A stretch of DNA of 49,228 nucleotides. Origin: Candidatus Zixiibacteriota bacterium (lineage in GTDB: Bacteria > Zixibacteria > MSB-5A5 > GN15 > FEB-12). Of this stretch, positions 20,315 through 29,441 are shown one piece after another. Each line of letters begins with the position of its first letter. The first letter of the stretch is position 1. The stretch is taken from NCBI GenBank assembly GCA_029858555.1, contig JAOUEU010000001.1, positions 1 to 49,228 of the forward strand, given 5' to 3'. Position numbers and translations under genes: made by a program. Below the pieces are notes generated by a model, which did not search any database, was not told the origin of the DNA, and saw only the letters and a list, made by a program, of their open reading frames with translations.

Positions 20315-21163
20315 TCAATCCGGCCTGACGAGGGCAATAAACCTCTGAGCCAGTCGTTCGCCGACAGGACCGAGTTTGATGTCCCAGGTGCGGCGCGATG
20401 TCCTTATGCGCGACACGGGCGCGACAAGTTTCAGTGAACTGGAAATGAACACCTCGTCGGCCCTGACCAGATCATCGAGGCGCGCGTTCTTTTCGGTCAG
20501 TCGATATCCCAGCTTCTGCGCCTGACGGATCACAATTTTGCGCGTGATACCCTCGAGGCAACCGGCGCTGAGAGGAGGCGTATGTATATGGCCTTTATTC
20601 ACCCAGAAGACGTTGGCCGAGGTGACTTCAGCTATCTGGTCATTTTCATTCAAGAGCAAAGCATCGTCACAGCGCATCCGCCGGGCCTGGTTCAGGGCGG
20701 CGGCATGGATAGCATAGGAGAGAGTCTTGATTCGCCGGAAAAGCGAGTCCTGGTCGACCCTGAATTCCGAGACGTACAACCGAAAGGGCTTCCGGGGCAT
20801 TTGATGCGGAGAAGCACTGAGAATGACCTGCGGTTTACCCTTCACGCCCGTCCAGCGAGCTGATTCACCGCTGGTCATGGTTAGCCGGAGCTTGGTGATA
20901 CGGTCAGGGTGAGCCCTGACCGTCATAACCATCCATTTCGTCAACATGTCGGAACTGACCGGAATCTTAAGTCCTATCACTCTGGCGCCCCTCTGCAGGC
21001 GCTGGAGATGCTCCTTGAGGAAAATAATCCGATCGTCAATCGCCAAAAAGGTCTCGAAAAGCCCCTCCGCATACAGAAGGGAATTGTCGAACACCGATAT
21101 TCTGTCCTGGCCGCGCCGCACGAGGCGACCGTTTATTGATGTGACTGTCTTGACCGGCGGCAT
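20315..21163 (-). CDS. Aminotransferase class IV (IlvE/PabC/Dat family, PLP-dependent)
   Basis: 'YAEGLFET', 'HLQRL', catalytic 'IKTLSY', 'AEVTSANVF', 'LEGITR', 'DEVFISSS'. Start ATG 21163; the longer ORF would overlap the divergent gene. Confidence 0.9.
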   Translation of the reverse strand: MPPVKTVTSINGRLVRRGQDRISVFDNSLLYAEGLFETFLAIDDRIIFLKEHLQRLQRGARVIGLKIPVSSDMLTKWMVMTVRAHPDRITKLRLTMTSGESARWTGVKGKPQVILSASPHQMPRKPFRLYVSEFRVDQDSLFRRIKTLSYAIHAAALNQARRMRCDDALLLNENDQIAEVTSANVFWVNKGHIHTPPLSAGCLEGITRKIVIRQAQKLGYRLTEKNARLDDLVRADEVFISSSLKLVAPVSRIRTSRRTWDIKLGPVGERLAQRFIALVRPD

Positions 21164-21311
21164 CTCGCTTTCCCCGTTAACTCCCCCGCAGAGGATTTCC
21201 TTTGGTGATATTGTCCTGTCTAAGTGTGCCTCTGCAAAGTTATGGTGAATACTGGCAATGTCAAGTCTTGTGGGAATTGACTTTTTGCCGTCAGCGAGTT
21301 TATTGAACGGA

Positions 21312-22529
21312 ATGGATGCCGTTAAGCTTCTGGTCGTCTTCCTGGCCATCGTCCTCGCCTTGCGCAAGAGAGTGTCCGTCGGTCTGACATTACTGGCTGC
21401 GGGGCTGCTCACACTCCTCCTTTTTCAGACTGCGCTCGACAAGAGTCTGACCGGGTATCTGGACCTGGTTAGATCAACGCGTTTTGTCTCTCTGACGGCC
21501 GTGGTGGTTCTGATAACCGTGCTGGGCTCGCTGCTGAAAGAACTCAAGTACCTGGGCAGGCTGGCCCATTCCTGCAAAAGCCTGTATGGTGGGGACCGCA
21601 CCGCCGTGGCCGCTCTCCCGGGACTGGTGGGATTGATGCCCATGCCCGGCGGGTCGCTTCTGTCAGCCCCTCTGGTTGACAACGTGCTGGCGGCGGGAAA
21701 GTACACGCCCGAATTCAGGGTCGTCAGCAACTACTGGTTTCGCCACCATGTCGAGTTCTTCTGGCCCGTTTATCCCGGACTAATCCTGACGGAGGCCACT
21801 ACCGGCATGCCGATCGGCTCCGTCTCACTCATGCAACTGCCGCTGGCGGTGGCAATGTTTCTGATTGGTTTGATATTCTTTGTCAGACGTATCGACACCT
21901 CCCAGAACCAGCCCCGCAGTCTCCTCTCGGCTGCAGCAGGCATAGCCCGGACCATTTGGCCTATCGTACTGGCGATTGTTATCTACGGCATTCTCAAAGT
22001 CGACCTCTCCCTGGCGGTCTTGCTCTCGCTGGTGCTGCTCGTCATGGTCGCTCGTCCCCGGGGACGCATCCTGCTGCGGGCGCTGAAGGACGGCTTTTCG
22101 CCAAAACTGATTCTGCTGGTCCTTGGCGTTCTCTCTTTTCAAACAGCCCTTGAGCTATCGGGGGCTATAGCAGCGGTCACCCGGCTGACAACTTCGGCTG
22201 GGCTGCCGCCGGAGGCAGTCATTTTTGCTGTCTGCGCCACTATCGGTCTTTTGACCGGCATGGTTTCCGCCTATGTCGGCCTGGGATATTCGTTACTGGC
22301 GGGACTGTTGTACCAGCCGGAGGTCGCACCTGCGCACATTATGCTGGCATACCTTTCGGGCTACCTGGGCATGATGCTGTCGCCTTCACATCTGTGCCTG
22401 ATCCTGACCAACGAGTTCTTCAAGAGTGACCTGGCCCGTGTCTATCGACTGATGATACCGCCGTTTTTGTTGCTGGCGCTGATAGGATTTCTTATATATC
22501 TGTCGCCATGGCCTGAGCTGTTTCGCTAA
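21312..22529 (+). CDS. DUF401-family membrane protein (ion-transporter superfamily-like)
   Basis: 'PGLVGLMPMPGGSLLSAP', 'NYWFRH', 'SPSHLCLILTNEFF'; highly hydrophobic. Confidence 0.8.
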   Translation: MDAVKLLVVFLAIVLALRKRVSVGLTLLAAGLLTLLLFQTALDKSLTGYLDLVRSTRFVSLTAVVVLITVLGSLLKELKYLGRLAHSCKSLYGGDRTAVAALPGLVGLMPMPGGSLLSAPLVDNVLAAGKYTPEFRVVSNYWFRHHVEFFWPVYPGLILTEATTGMPIGSVSLMQLPLAVAMFLIGLIFFVRRIDTSQNQPRSLLSAAAGIARTIWPIVLAIVIYGILKVDLSLAVLLSLVLLVMVARPRGRILLRALKDGFSPKLILLVLGVLSFQTALELSGAIAAVTRLTTSAGLPPEAVIFAVCATIGLLTGMVSAYVGLGYSLLAGLLYQPEVAPAHIMLAYLSGYLGMMLSPSHLCLILTNEFFKSDLARVYRLMIPPFLLLALIGFLIYLSPWPELFR

Positions 22530-22703
22530 AGGCCCGCCGGTGGGTCCGATGAGTCGAAGTCTCAGGGCAAACGGTCGGCAAACGCAGAAGGCAACTGTGC
22601 TATAGAGGATCAGTGTGGGGAAAGGCCGGAGCCACAGCGCCCCAACGGGAACATAAGACATTGTCCGGCAAGGGCATAACGTTAATGGGGCGTGAAAAAT
22701 CCT

Positions 22704-22731
22704 GGAACTTTCCTGGGTCTTTTGGGTAATA
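22704..22731 (+). promoter_or_regulatory. Putative ECF-sigma (autoregulatory) promoter
   Basis: GGAAC(TT) at 22704-22710, 16 nt after GGAAC, then GGTAAT from 22725, matching the ECF GGAAC/TGAAAC-N16-CGTA pattern, just upstream of the ECF sigma gene. Confidence 0.6.
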
Positions 22732-22758
22732 GAGTTAGAACTTATTGTAAGGGTGTCT

Positions 22759-23361
22759 ATGGCAAAGCAGACTGAAAAGGACATCGATTACTCTCTGATA
22801 AGAGCCGTTCAGAACGGCGATATGGTGGCTTTCAACGAATTGGTCGACCGCTATAAGGGTCGCCTGATGAACGTGATTGGCCGTATGTTGTCTTCGACCG
22901 AAGAGGCGGAGGATATTGTACAGGAGACCTTTGTCCGCGTCTACCAGCACCGGCAATCGTTCAACTTCGAACATTGCTTTTCCACGTGGATTTATACCAT
23001 AGGTCTCAATCTGGCGCGGAACGAGTTGCGCAAAAGGAAGAAGTTCAAATATTACGAGATATCGGAGATGCAGGGAAACGAGAAGGAGTTCGCGGTCGAG
23101 ATGAAACTGCCTACTCGTTTACCCGAAGTACTGGACACGGCCATCAAGCAGCTTCCGGAAAAGTATCGCACGGCGTTTATGTTGCGGGACGTTCAGGAGA
23201 TGCCGTACGAGGAGGTTGCCAAGATTCTCAGTGTTCCGCTGGGTACGGTCAAATCACGGGTGAACCGTGCCCGGATGATGTTGCGAGACAAGTTACAGCC
23301 GAGAATGGAGGAATATAATGCGTTGTCGAAAAGCACGCTCCTACCTGTCAGCATACTGTAA
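22759..23361 (+). CDS. ECF RNA polymerase sigma factor (RpoE/SigW-like)
   Basis: 'AEDIVQETFVRVY', 'FSTWIYTIGLN', 'YEEVAKILSVPLGTVKSRVNRAR'. Confidence 0.93.
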   Translation: MAKQTEKDIDYSLIRAVQNGDMVAFNELVDRYKGRLMNVIGRMLSSTEEAEDIVQETFVRVYQHRQSFNFEHCFSTWIYTIGLNLARNELRKRKKFKYYEISEMQGNEKEFAVEMKLPTRLPEVLDTAIKQLPEKYRTAFMLRDVQEMPYEEVAKILSVPLGTVKSRVNRARMMLRDKLQPRMEEYNALSKSTLLPVSIL

Positions 23362-24007
23362 CGACGAGCTTACCGATCGTCGCAGGCTGGCGGTCAACGA
23401 GCATCTTTCGACCTGCTCATCTTGTCGAAAGGAGGAGGCGTTTCAGCGATCGCTTCGTCTGGCCGAGAAGCAGTTGCCCCGGCTGGCGGTATCGAACGAC
23501 TTCAACACCCGGCTTCTCAACCGGATTGCCGCCGAGCGCTTTGCCGAAACGAGAACGAAAGCCTATCTGCCTAAGCGGGCCCCGGTACTGGCCTGGAGCA
23601 AGGTGGTCCCCGCTGCGGCTATGACACTGGTTTTTCTGGTCATGGGAGTAATTACATTCCTGCCCGATAAGAACGGAGATCCGGGCTACATCGCGGCCGG
23701 TGATGCGGCTACTTCAGACAACCGGTACCTGACCGTTCAACCGGTGAACAATCCCAATATGACCATTAACCTTGACAAAGACTGGTCGCTTAATGCTCAG
23801 TTGGCCCGGGCGGAGAGAATTAACCGTATTTCCGACCGAATCACTCCGGCGGGGAGTTTCGGCCTGGCTTCGAATGTCACACAGGTTTCTTCCCGGAGTA
23901 TCCGGCCGCTGCCGTATGTCGACCATTATTTCCAGGTGCGGTCGGTGGTCCGAATTTATAAGTCGACCGAGACATCTTCCGCAGAGGAGGATTTGAAGAC
24001 GTACTAA
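23318..24007 (+). CDS. Zinc-finger (zf-HC2/ZAS) transmembrane anti-sigma factor
   Basis: 'HLSTCSSC' HxxxCxxC motif, one TM helix, overlaps the sigma gene. Confidence 0.88.
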   Translation: MRCRKARSYLSAYCNDELTDRRRLAVNEHLSTCSSCRKEEAFQRSLRLAEKQLPRLAVSNDFNTRLLNRIAAERFAETRTKAYLPKRAPVLAWSKVVPAAAMTLVFLVMGVITFLPDKNGDPGYIAAGDAATSDNRYLTVQPVNNPNMTINLDKDWSLNAQLARAERINRISDRITPAGSFGLASNVTQVSSRSIRPLPYVDHYFQVRSVVRIYKSTETSSAEEDLKTY

Positions 24008-24008
24008 A

Positions 24009-25193
24009 ATGTTAAAGACTCGTCTAAAGGCCGCCGCCGGAATCCTGTCGCTTACCTTGGGGGCGGTCTTTTTTTCATCGGCCGCATATCCAAGCGACAG
24101 TTCCCTGTTCAACCTCGAATCGGGCTTGAACGATCTTGTCTATCGGCTCACTCGCTCGGTCGTGACCGTGGAATCCTCACACTCTCTGAGGATCGGCGTT
24201 GCGCAGGGGGCACAGGAGGAATCGGTCCACAACCTCATCTCCTCGGGGATAATCTATGATTCGACCGGTCACGTTCTGGTGGAAGCCTCCTCTCTGCTCG
24301 ACCACGACCGGATAATCGTAAAGTACGGCAACTACATATTGCCGGCGCGACTGGTGGGCATTGACTATCAGACAAATGTTGCCGTCCTGAAGGTCGATCG
24401 ACCTCTGGGGACCGCGGTTAGACTCGCCGATCAGTATGGCTGTGCCGGCCGCATGGTGATAGCGGTCGGTAACGCCTATGGGATGCAGGCCTCTCCGTCG
24501 ATCGGCTTCTGCGCCGGGTTCCGACCTGACGGCACCATCCAGTTCTCAGGACCGATTACGTCGGGGACCATCGGAGGCGGTTTGTTTGACCTGGCGGGCA
24601 ACCTCGTCGGGATTATCACCGGTGGGATCGGCGAGGGCAGAATGGCCGAGGTAGGGCTGGCGGTTCCGGCTTACAAAATACCGGCTATCGTCGAGCACAT
24701 CGTCAACCTGGGCGACCGGCAGGCCGGATACATCGGCATAACCACCGCCGATATTGAGATAGTGCCGGCGGTGGAAATCAGTTCCCCGTTTCGACTGACC
24801 GGCGGCCGCAACGCGAGCCGGACAGTGATCAACAAGGCTTTGCTCGTAACCGCTGTCGTGCCTTCGTCCCCCGCGGACCGGTCCGGGCTGCGCAAAGGCG
24901 ATTTGATTTTCGGCGTGGACGGTCGCGAGTTGGACTCTGCCCGGGACTTGATGAACCTGGTACAGCAAGGTAAACCCGGAACACGGCTGGAGTTGAGCCT
25001 GATTCGGCAAAATGCTCCTTTGTACGCGCAACTGGTTATCGGGCAGAAGCGGCTGACGCCGTCGACCCGCTTCTTGAGAACCCCGGGCGCGTCCGGGAGC
25101 ACTCTGGATATTCCGGACTCCCTTCAACGTGAGATCACGGTCTTGAAGCAGATGATTCAGAATTTGGAAACCCGCCTCGAGAGTCTCAGATAG
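24009..25193 (+). CDS. HtrA/DegP-like trypsin-fold + PDZ protein, catalytic triad degenerate
   Basis: Signal peptide; 'SSGIIYD..GHVL', 'ARLVGIDYQTNVAVLKV', 'GGGLFDLAGNLVGI'; PDZ 'GYIGI...SPADRSGLRKGDLI'. Confidence 0.85.
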   Translation: MLKTRLKAAAGILSLTLGAVFFSSAAYPSDSSLFNLESGLNDLVYRLTRSVVTVESSHSLRIGVAQGAQEESVHNLISSGIIYDSTGHVLVEASSLLDHDRIIVKYGNYILPARLVGIDYQTNVAVLKVDRPLGTAVRLADQYGCAGRMVIAVGNAYGMQASPSIGFCAGFRPDGTIQFSGPITSGTIGGGLFDLAGNLVGIITGGIGEGRMAEVGLAVPAYKIPAIVEHIVNLGDRQAGYIGITTADIEIVPAVEISSPFRLTGGRNASRTVINKALLVTAVVPSSPADRSGLRKGDLIFGVDGRELDSARDLMNLVQQGKPGTRLELSLIRQNAPLYAQLVIGQKRLTPSTRFLRTPGASGSTLDIPDSLQREITVLKQMIQNLETRLESLR

Positions 25194-25239
25194 CAACTTT
25201 TAATTTCCCTTGGCCGCCGGTATTTCATAATTTTAGCGT

Positions 25240-25908
25240 ATGAATTTAAGTTTCGACGCGGACAAATTCCGTGAGGCGCTGCGCCGTTTTGGACCCGGGG
25301 AAAACAGCACCACGCGTTCCCTGTCTGTTTATTCGGCGGCCGTGGCCACAGCCGAGGAGGAGTTTCTTGATGCCGCGGTCGAACGCTGTCGCCGATATGC
25401 GGTCAACCGGGAGCAGTTTTACGAGATAATTCTGCAATCGTATTTGTTCCTGGGATTTCCCCGGATGCTGACCGCCGCCAAGCATCTGAACCGTGTTTTC
25501 CCCGGTAAGGATGCAGCCTCCTGCCTCAGGAAAATAAGTCCTGACGAGTCCGAGTGCTGGTTTGAGCATGGGATGCGACTGTGCAAAACCGTCTATGGCG
25601 GTAACTACGAACTGCTGAAAGAGAGAATGGAGTCGATCGCACCCGAGATCTTCCGATGGATGATAATCGAAGGTTACGGAAAAGTTCTGTCGCGTCCCCT
25701 GTTGAGCGCCGTCGATCGGGAATTGGCGGTCGTGGCCTGCCTGATGGTGGAGAACCGACCGAAACAGCTTCACGCCCATATGAGGGGCGCTCTCAACGTC
25801 GGGGCCTCGCTGGCCTTGCTGAGCGCTGTCGTGCATGATATCGGCGGCGCCGCCGGTGAAGGTTTCCGGGCGTCTCTGGCCATACTGGATGAGTTGAGTG
25901 ACGACTGA
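25240..25908 (+). CDS. Carboxymuconolactone decarboxylase (CMD/AhpD-like) family protein
   Basis: 'EIILQSYLFLGFP', 'GYGKVLSRP.L...DRELAVVACL', 'QLHAHMRGALNVG'. Confidence 0.85.
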   Translation: MNLSFDADKFREALRRFGPGENSTTRSLSVYSAAVATAEEEFLDAAVERCRRYAVNREQFYEIILQSYLFLGFPRMLTAAKHLNRVFPGKDAASCLRKISPDESECWFEHGMRLCKTVYGGNYELLKERMESIAPEIFRWMIIEGYGKVLSRPLLSAVDRELAVVACLMVENRPKQLHAHMRGALNVGASLALLSAVVHDIGGAAGEGFRASLAILDELSDD

Positions 25909-28900
25909 TGCGCCGCCTGAAGAAGATTGTCCTCATTTGCGCCGTTGGTCTTATCGTAATCATAGTGGGACTCTATCTTTATGTCTTTGTTCTGGGAGGC
26001 CTGGAGAGAATTGTCAACAATCAGGTGGCGTCTCTCGTTAGACCCGAGAACAAACTCCAGGTCTCGGTTGGCAATATCAAAGGCAATATCTTTTCCGGAA
26101 TAACCCTGGAGCGAGTGGAGGCCTTTTATGTGGATTCGACGCACCGCTATTGTCTGGCTCGTGTGCCACGACTGGTGGCAGCCTACTCGCTGTCCAACAT
26201 ATGGAATAAGAATTACATCCTGGACTATCTCTATATCGATTCGGCGCATGTCATGCTGGCCAGGGACAGCTCGGGAAACTGGCTGCTGCCCGACTTTTCC
26301 TCGGGCGACTCCTCCGAGCGGCCTCGCTTCATCCCGGCGCTCACCGTCGGCGAGTTGCGGCTGAACAGCGTCAGTCTCAGCCTGGTAGATCCCGCCGATA
26401 CGCTGGCCTTCGATAATGTCACCCTTTCAGCATCCATCAAGACAGAGGATAACACCTATGGCGCCAGTGTAGACCGCTTTGAGTTCACCTCGAACGAAGA
26501 ACATATCGTGCTCGATGCCGCCGAAGGACAGCTCACCTACTCGGACGGTAACGTGGTTTTCCGGGGAGTGACCGTTGTCTCGGCCGATACCCGCGTTAAA
26601 CTTAATGGGAGCGTCAGTCTTGGCCGCGAACCCCGCGGCGATATCGAGTTCGCGGTTGACAACCTGGACCTGGAAGAAATCACCGGTTACATCGGTCCCC
26701 GGCTCCGGGGCGTCCTCGATCTCAACGGCGCGGTCTCCTTTGCCGGCAGGGCTGTAACGGGCAAAGTCGATATGGGCGGCACTTTCATGCTGGCCGATTT
26801 CAGAAACCTGCACGCCGAGTTTCACTTCGCGGAGGCGCTTCTTCATTTGGACACCCTTTATGGATTCATTCTGCGTGATTGCGCTATCGACGGCAGCGGG
26901 GAGATCGATTTCTCCGGACCCACCGAAAATTACCGCCTGAATGCCGACATCAGGAATTTCAACCTGAAGAATCTGGTTCACAACAGCTTTGCCTCCAATC
27001 TCAGCGGTCGGCTTGCTCTGGAGGGGCAATCGTTCCGCACTCACAGCATGGTGCTGAACCTGCATACCGATTTCTTTGAATCCTCGTTCGATGAATACCC
27101 CATCCAGAAGGGCACCGGGGATCTCGTTATTACGGCCGATTCCATGTTTTTCCTAGATGGGTTCACGGTCGATTATTACGAGAATGTTTTCACGGCCTCA
27201 GGCCGGATCGACTATTCGGGCGGTATCGATTTGGACCTCGCCGTACAACTTGATAACCTCGATCGTTACCGGGGCAAGCTGTTCATTGATAAACCGGGCG
27301 GGCGCGGTCACGCCCACGGCCGTCTGAGCGGCTTAACGGCTGATCCCGACCTCAGCGGTTACTTTGAATCGGATTCGGTCTGGATATACGGTTTATACAG
27401 CGACAGTCTGTATGCTACATTCGACCTGGAACGCTTTCTGACAGGGCGGCGCGGGAATGTGGAAGTCTCCTGCTTCACCGGCACGGCATGGGCAATCCCT
27501 TATGACAGCGCCTACACCCGGCTTTCGGTTGACTCCAATCTCATAGGCATCGATACGGTTGCCTTTTGTGCCGAGTATTCCAAAGTATGTGGCCAGGGGA
27601 TCCTTGACGTGGAGGCATATCCCAAGGAACTGCGTCTGGATACTCTGACGGTCACCGTCTTTGACCAGGAGTTCGACAATTACGAAGAGGTTTATATCGA
27701 GATCGATTCGGCCGGTTTTGATTTCAAGCAGGTGACCATCGGGAACAACGGCGCCCGGCTGTCGCTGTTGGGGAAAATTGACTATGATGAATCCATGAAC
27801 GCCAGGGTATCGGTCGACCACGTGCCGGCGGCGCCGTGGATCGGCCTCTTCCGGCCGGAGTGGTCTGTCGACGGTGTTGTTTCCTGCGATGCGAGCCTGA
27901 GAGGTACGTTTCTGCAACCGGAGTTCAATCTGACGGGTTCGGTGGACTCCCTGACATACCGAAATCTGGTTCTGGGTCATGTGGGCACGCATGTCAACTA
28001 CTCCAATCGCCTGCTGACCATCGACAGTTTAAACGTCCGGTCGGACTCGGGTCAGTACCAGGCGAGCGGAGCCCTGTACGTGGACGTGGCTTTTACAACC
28101 GATTCGCTGGAGCGCCTGCCCGATCTCCCCATGAACATACGCATTACCGCCCGCGACCGACGCTTTGACCTGGTCAGTCTGGTGATGCCCTCGGTTGAAC
28201 AGCTCGACGGTGATTTCGTGGCCGATGTCACTCTTACCGGGACGCCGTTTGAGCCGCACCTGGAAGGGGGAGCCCACATCAAGAACGCCCGCCTGAAATA
28301 TTTTGACCTGGAGCAACTGCTCTACTCGGATTCCGCGGCGGTATCGATGGAAAACAACAGGATTGTCGTCGAGGAGATTGAAATACACACTGAGAATAGA
28401 AAGGCCTTTGCCTATGTCGAAGGGGAGATTGTCGTCAAGACCTTTGACAGTCTCTATTATGATCTGGACGTGAATCTGCCCAAGGAATTCCCTTTTGCCT
28501 ACGAACTTGATGACATCAAAGGGGTAGTGGAGGGGGAGGTCCATATCGAGGGCGATACGCCGCCTCTGGTGACCGGCGATCTGACGCTGGTCTCGGCGAG
28601 GTACGAAGTGAATTTCGCGGAGGCCGATGAAGGCTCGCCGGTTATGGCTGCCCTGTCGGGTGAGAACACCTGGGATCTTAATATTATAATCGATATACTG
28701 TCCAACTATTGGATAAAAAACGATGACATCGATGCCGAACTGTCTGGTCAGGTGAACCTGATTCGAGAGGATGGACAATACCGTTTTATCGGTGAGATGG
28801 AAATACTTCGCGGCACGGGCTTTCTGTTCGATAAAACCTTTCGGCTGGAGCCGGGCAGTCAGGTTATTTTCGAAGGCAACGAGACGCTCAATCCCCGGCT

Positions 28901-29441
28901 TGACATCAAGGGATACACCCGGGTGACAGTCGCGACACCTACTGCCGTCGACGAAGAGAAGACGTACGACCAGATCAACGCCTGCGTACATATCACCGGT
29001 ACCCTGGAGAACCCCGAGATCAATCCCTGCGAAGACTCCGATGTCCAGAACCGGGAAGAGTTGCTGCTGCTGATTGTCGCCAACCAGTACACGTCGGAAC
29101 GGGGCTCGGCCTCCACCAGCGTGGAGCGGCGCGTGACGGGGCTGATTTCCTCCCAGGTGTCGCAGATCGGGACGCGGCAATTGGGCCAGTTGGGTGTGGA
29201 AACCTTCGAGATTGACCCGTACGATGAGGGCGGAATCGATCTCGCCAAGACGCGCGTGACGCTGGGCTTCTATACGCCTCTGGCCAACCTGTACGTATAC
29301 GGGCGCTCCGCTCTGTCGGGACAGACGGGGCAGGAGGTCGGTTTCGAGTATCGCTTCGCGAAAAACGTAATCTTCCAGGGCCGGCGGGACGAAGAAGAAC
29401 TCTACCGCCTGCTGTTGAAACTGCACTGGGAATTCGAATGA
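25908..29441 (+). CDS. tamB: Translocation and assembly module TamB-like protein
   Basis: N-terminal TM anchor, long beta-rich repeats, C-terminal DUF490-like region ('NPRLDI', 'ITGTLENPEI'); coupled to an Omp85 gene. Confidence 0.85.
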   Translation: MRRLKKIVLICAVGLIVIIVGLYLYVFVLGGLERIVNNQVASLVRPENKLQVSVGNIKGNIFSGITLERVEAFYVDSTHRYCLARVPRLVAAYSLSNIWNKNYILDYLYIDSAHVMLARDSSGNWLLPDFSSGDSSERPRFIPALTVGELRLNSVSLSLVDPADTLAFDNVTLSASIKTEDNTYGASVDRFEFTSNEEHIVLDAAEGQLTYSDGNVVFRGVTVVSADTRVKLNGSVSLGREPRGDIEFAVDNLDLEEITGYIGPRLRGVLDLNGAVSFAGRAVTGKVDMGGTFMLADFRNLHAEFHFAEALLHLDTLYGFILRDCAIDGSGEIDFSGPTENYRLNADIRNFNLKNLVHNSFASNLSGRLALEGQSFRTHSMVLNLHTDFFESSFDEYPIQKGTGDLVITADSMFFLDGFTVDYYENVFTASGRIDYSGGIDLDLAVQLDNLDRYRGKLFIDKPGGRGHAHGRLSGLTADPDLSGYFESDSVWIYGLYSDSLYATFDLERFLTGRRGNVEVSCFTGTAWAIPYDSAYTRLSVDSNLIGIDTVAFCAEYSKVCGQGILDVEAYPKELRLDTLTVTVFDQEFDNYEEVYIEIDSAGFDFKQVTIGNNGARLSLLGKIDYDESMNARVSVDHVPAAPWIGLFRPEWSVDGVVSCDASLRGTFLQPEFNLTGSVDSLTYRNLVLGHVGTHVNYSNRLLTIDSLNVRSDSGQYQASGALYVDVAFTTDSLERLPDLPMNIRITARDRRFDLVSLVMPSVEQLDGDFVADVTLTGTPFEPHLEGGAHIKNARLKYFDLEQLLYSDSAAVSMENNRIVVEEIEIHTENRKAFAYVEGEIVVKTFDSLYYDLDVNLPKEFPFAYELDDIKGVVEGEVHIEGDTPPLVTGDLTLVSARYEVNFAEADEGSPVMAALSGENTWDLNIIIDILSNYWIKNDDIDAELSGQVNLIREDGQYRFIGEMEILRGTGFLFDKTFRLEPGSQVIFEGNETLNPRLDIKGYTRVTVATPTAVDEEKTYDQINACVHITGTLENPEINPCEDSDVQNREELLLLIVANQYTSERGSASTSVERRVTGLISSQVSQIGTRQLGQLGVETFEIDPYDEGGIDLAKTRVTLGFYTPLANLYVYGRSALSGQTGQEVGFEYRFAKNVIFQGRRDEEELYRLLLKLHWEFE

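Noticed and set aside
21164..21412. Apparent overlap of the extended aminotransferase and DUF401 ORFs on opposite strands
   Set aside because: Artefact of longest-ORF start choice; likely starts are 21163 (-) and 21312 (+), leaving a normal divergent promoter region.
22654..22678. Loose palindrome TAAGACATTG-N5-CAAGGGCATA upstream of the ECF promoter
   Set aside because: Too degenerate to assign to IHF, Xer/dif or a specific regulator without comparative data.
28029..29426. 465-aa antisense ORF inside tamB
   Set aside because: Shadow ORF from the codon bias of the sense gene; no recognisable motifs and fully overlapping a well-supported CDS.
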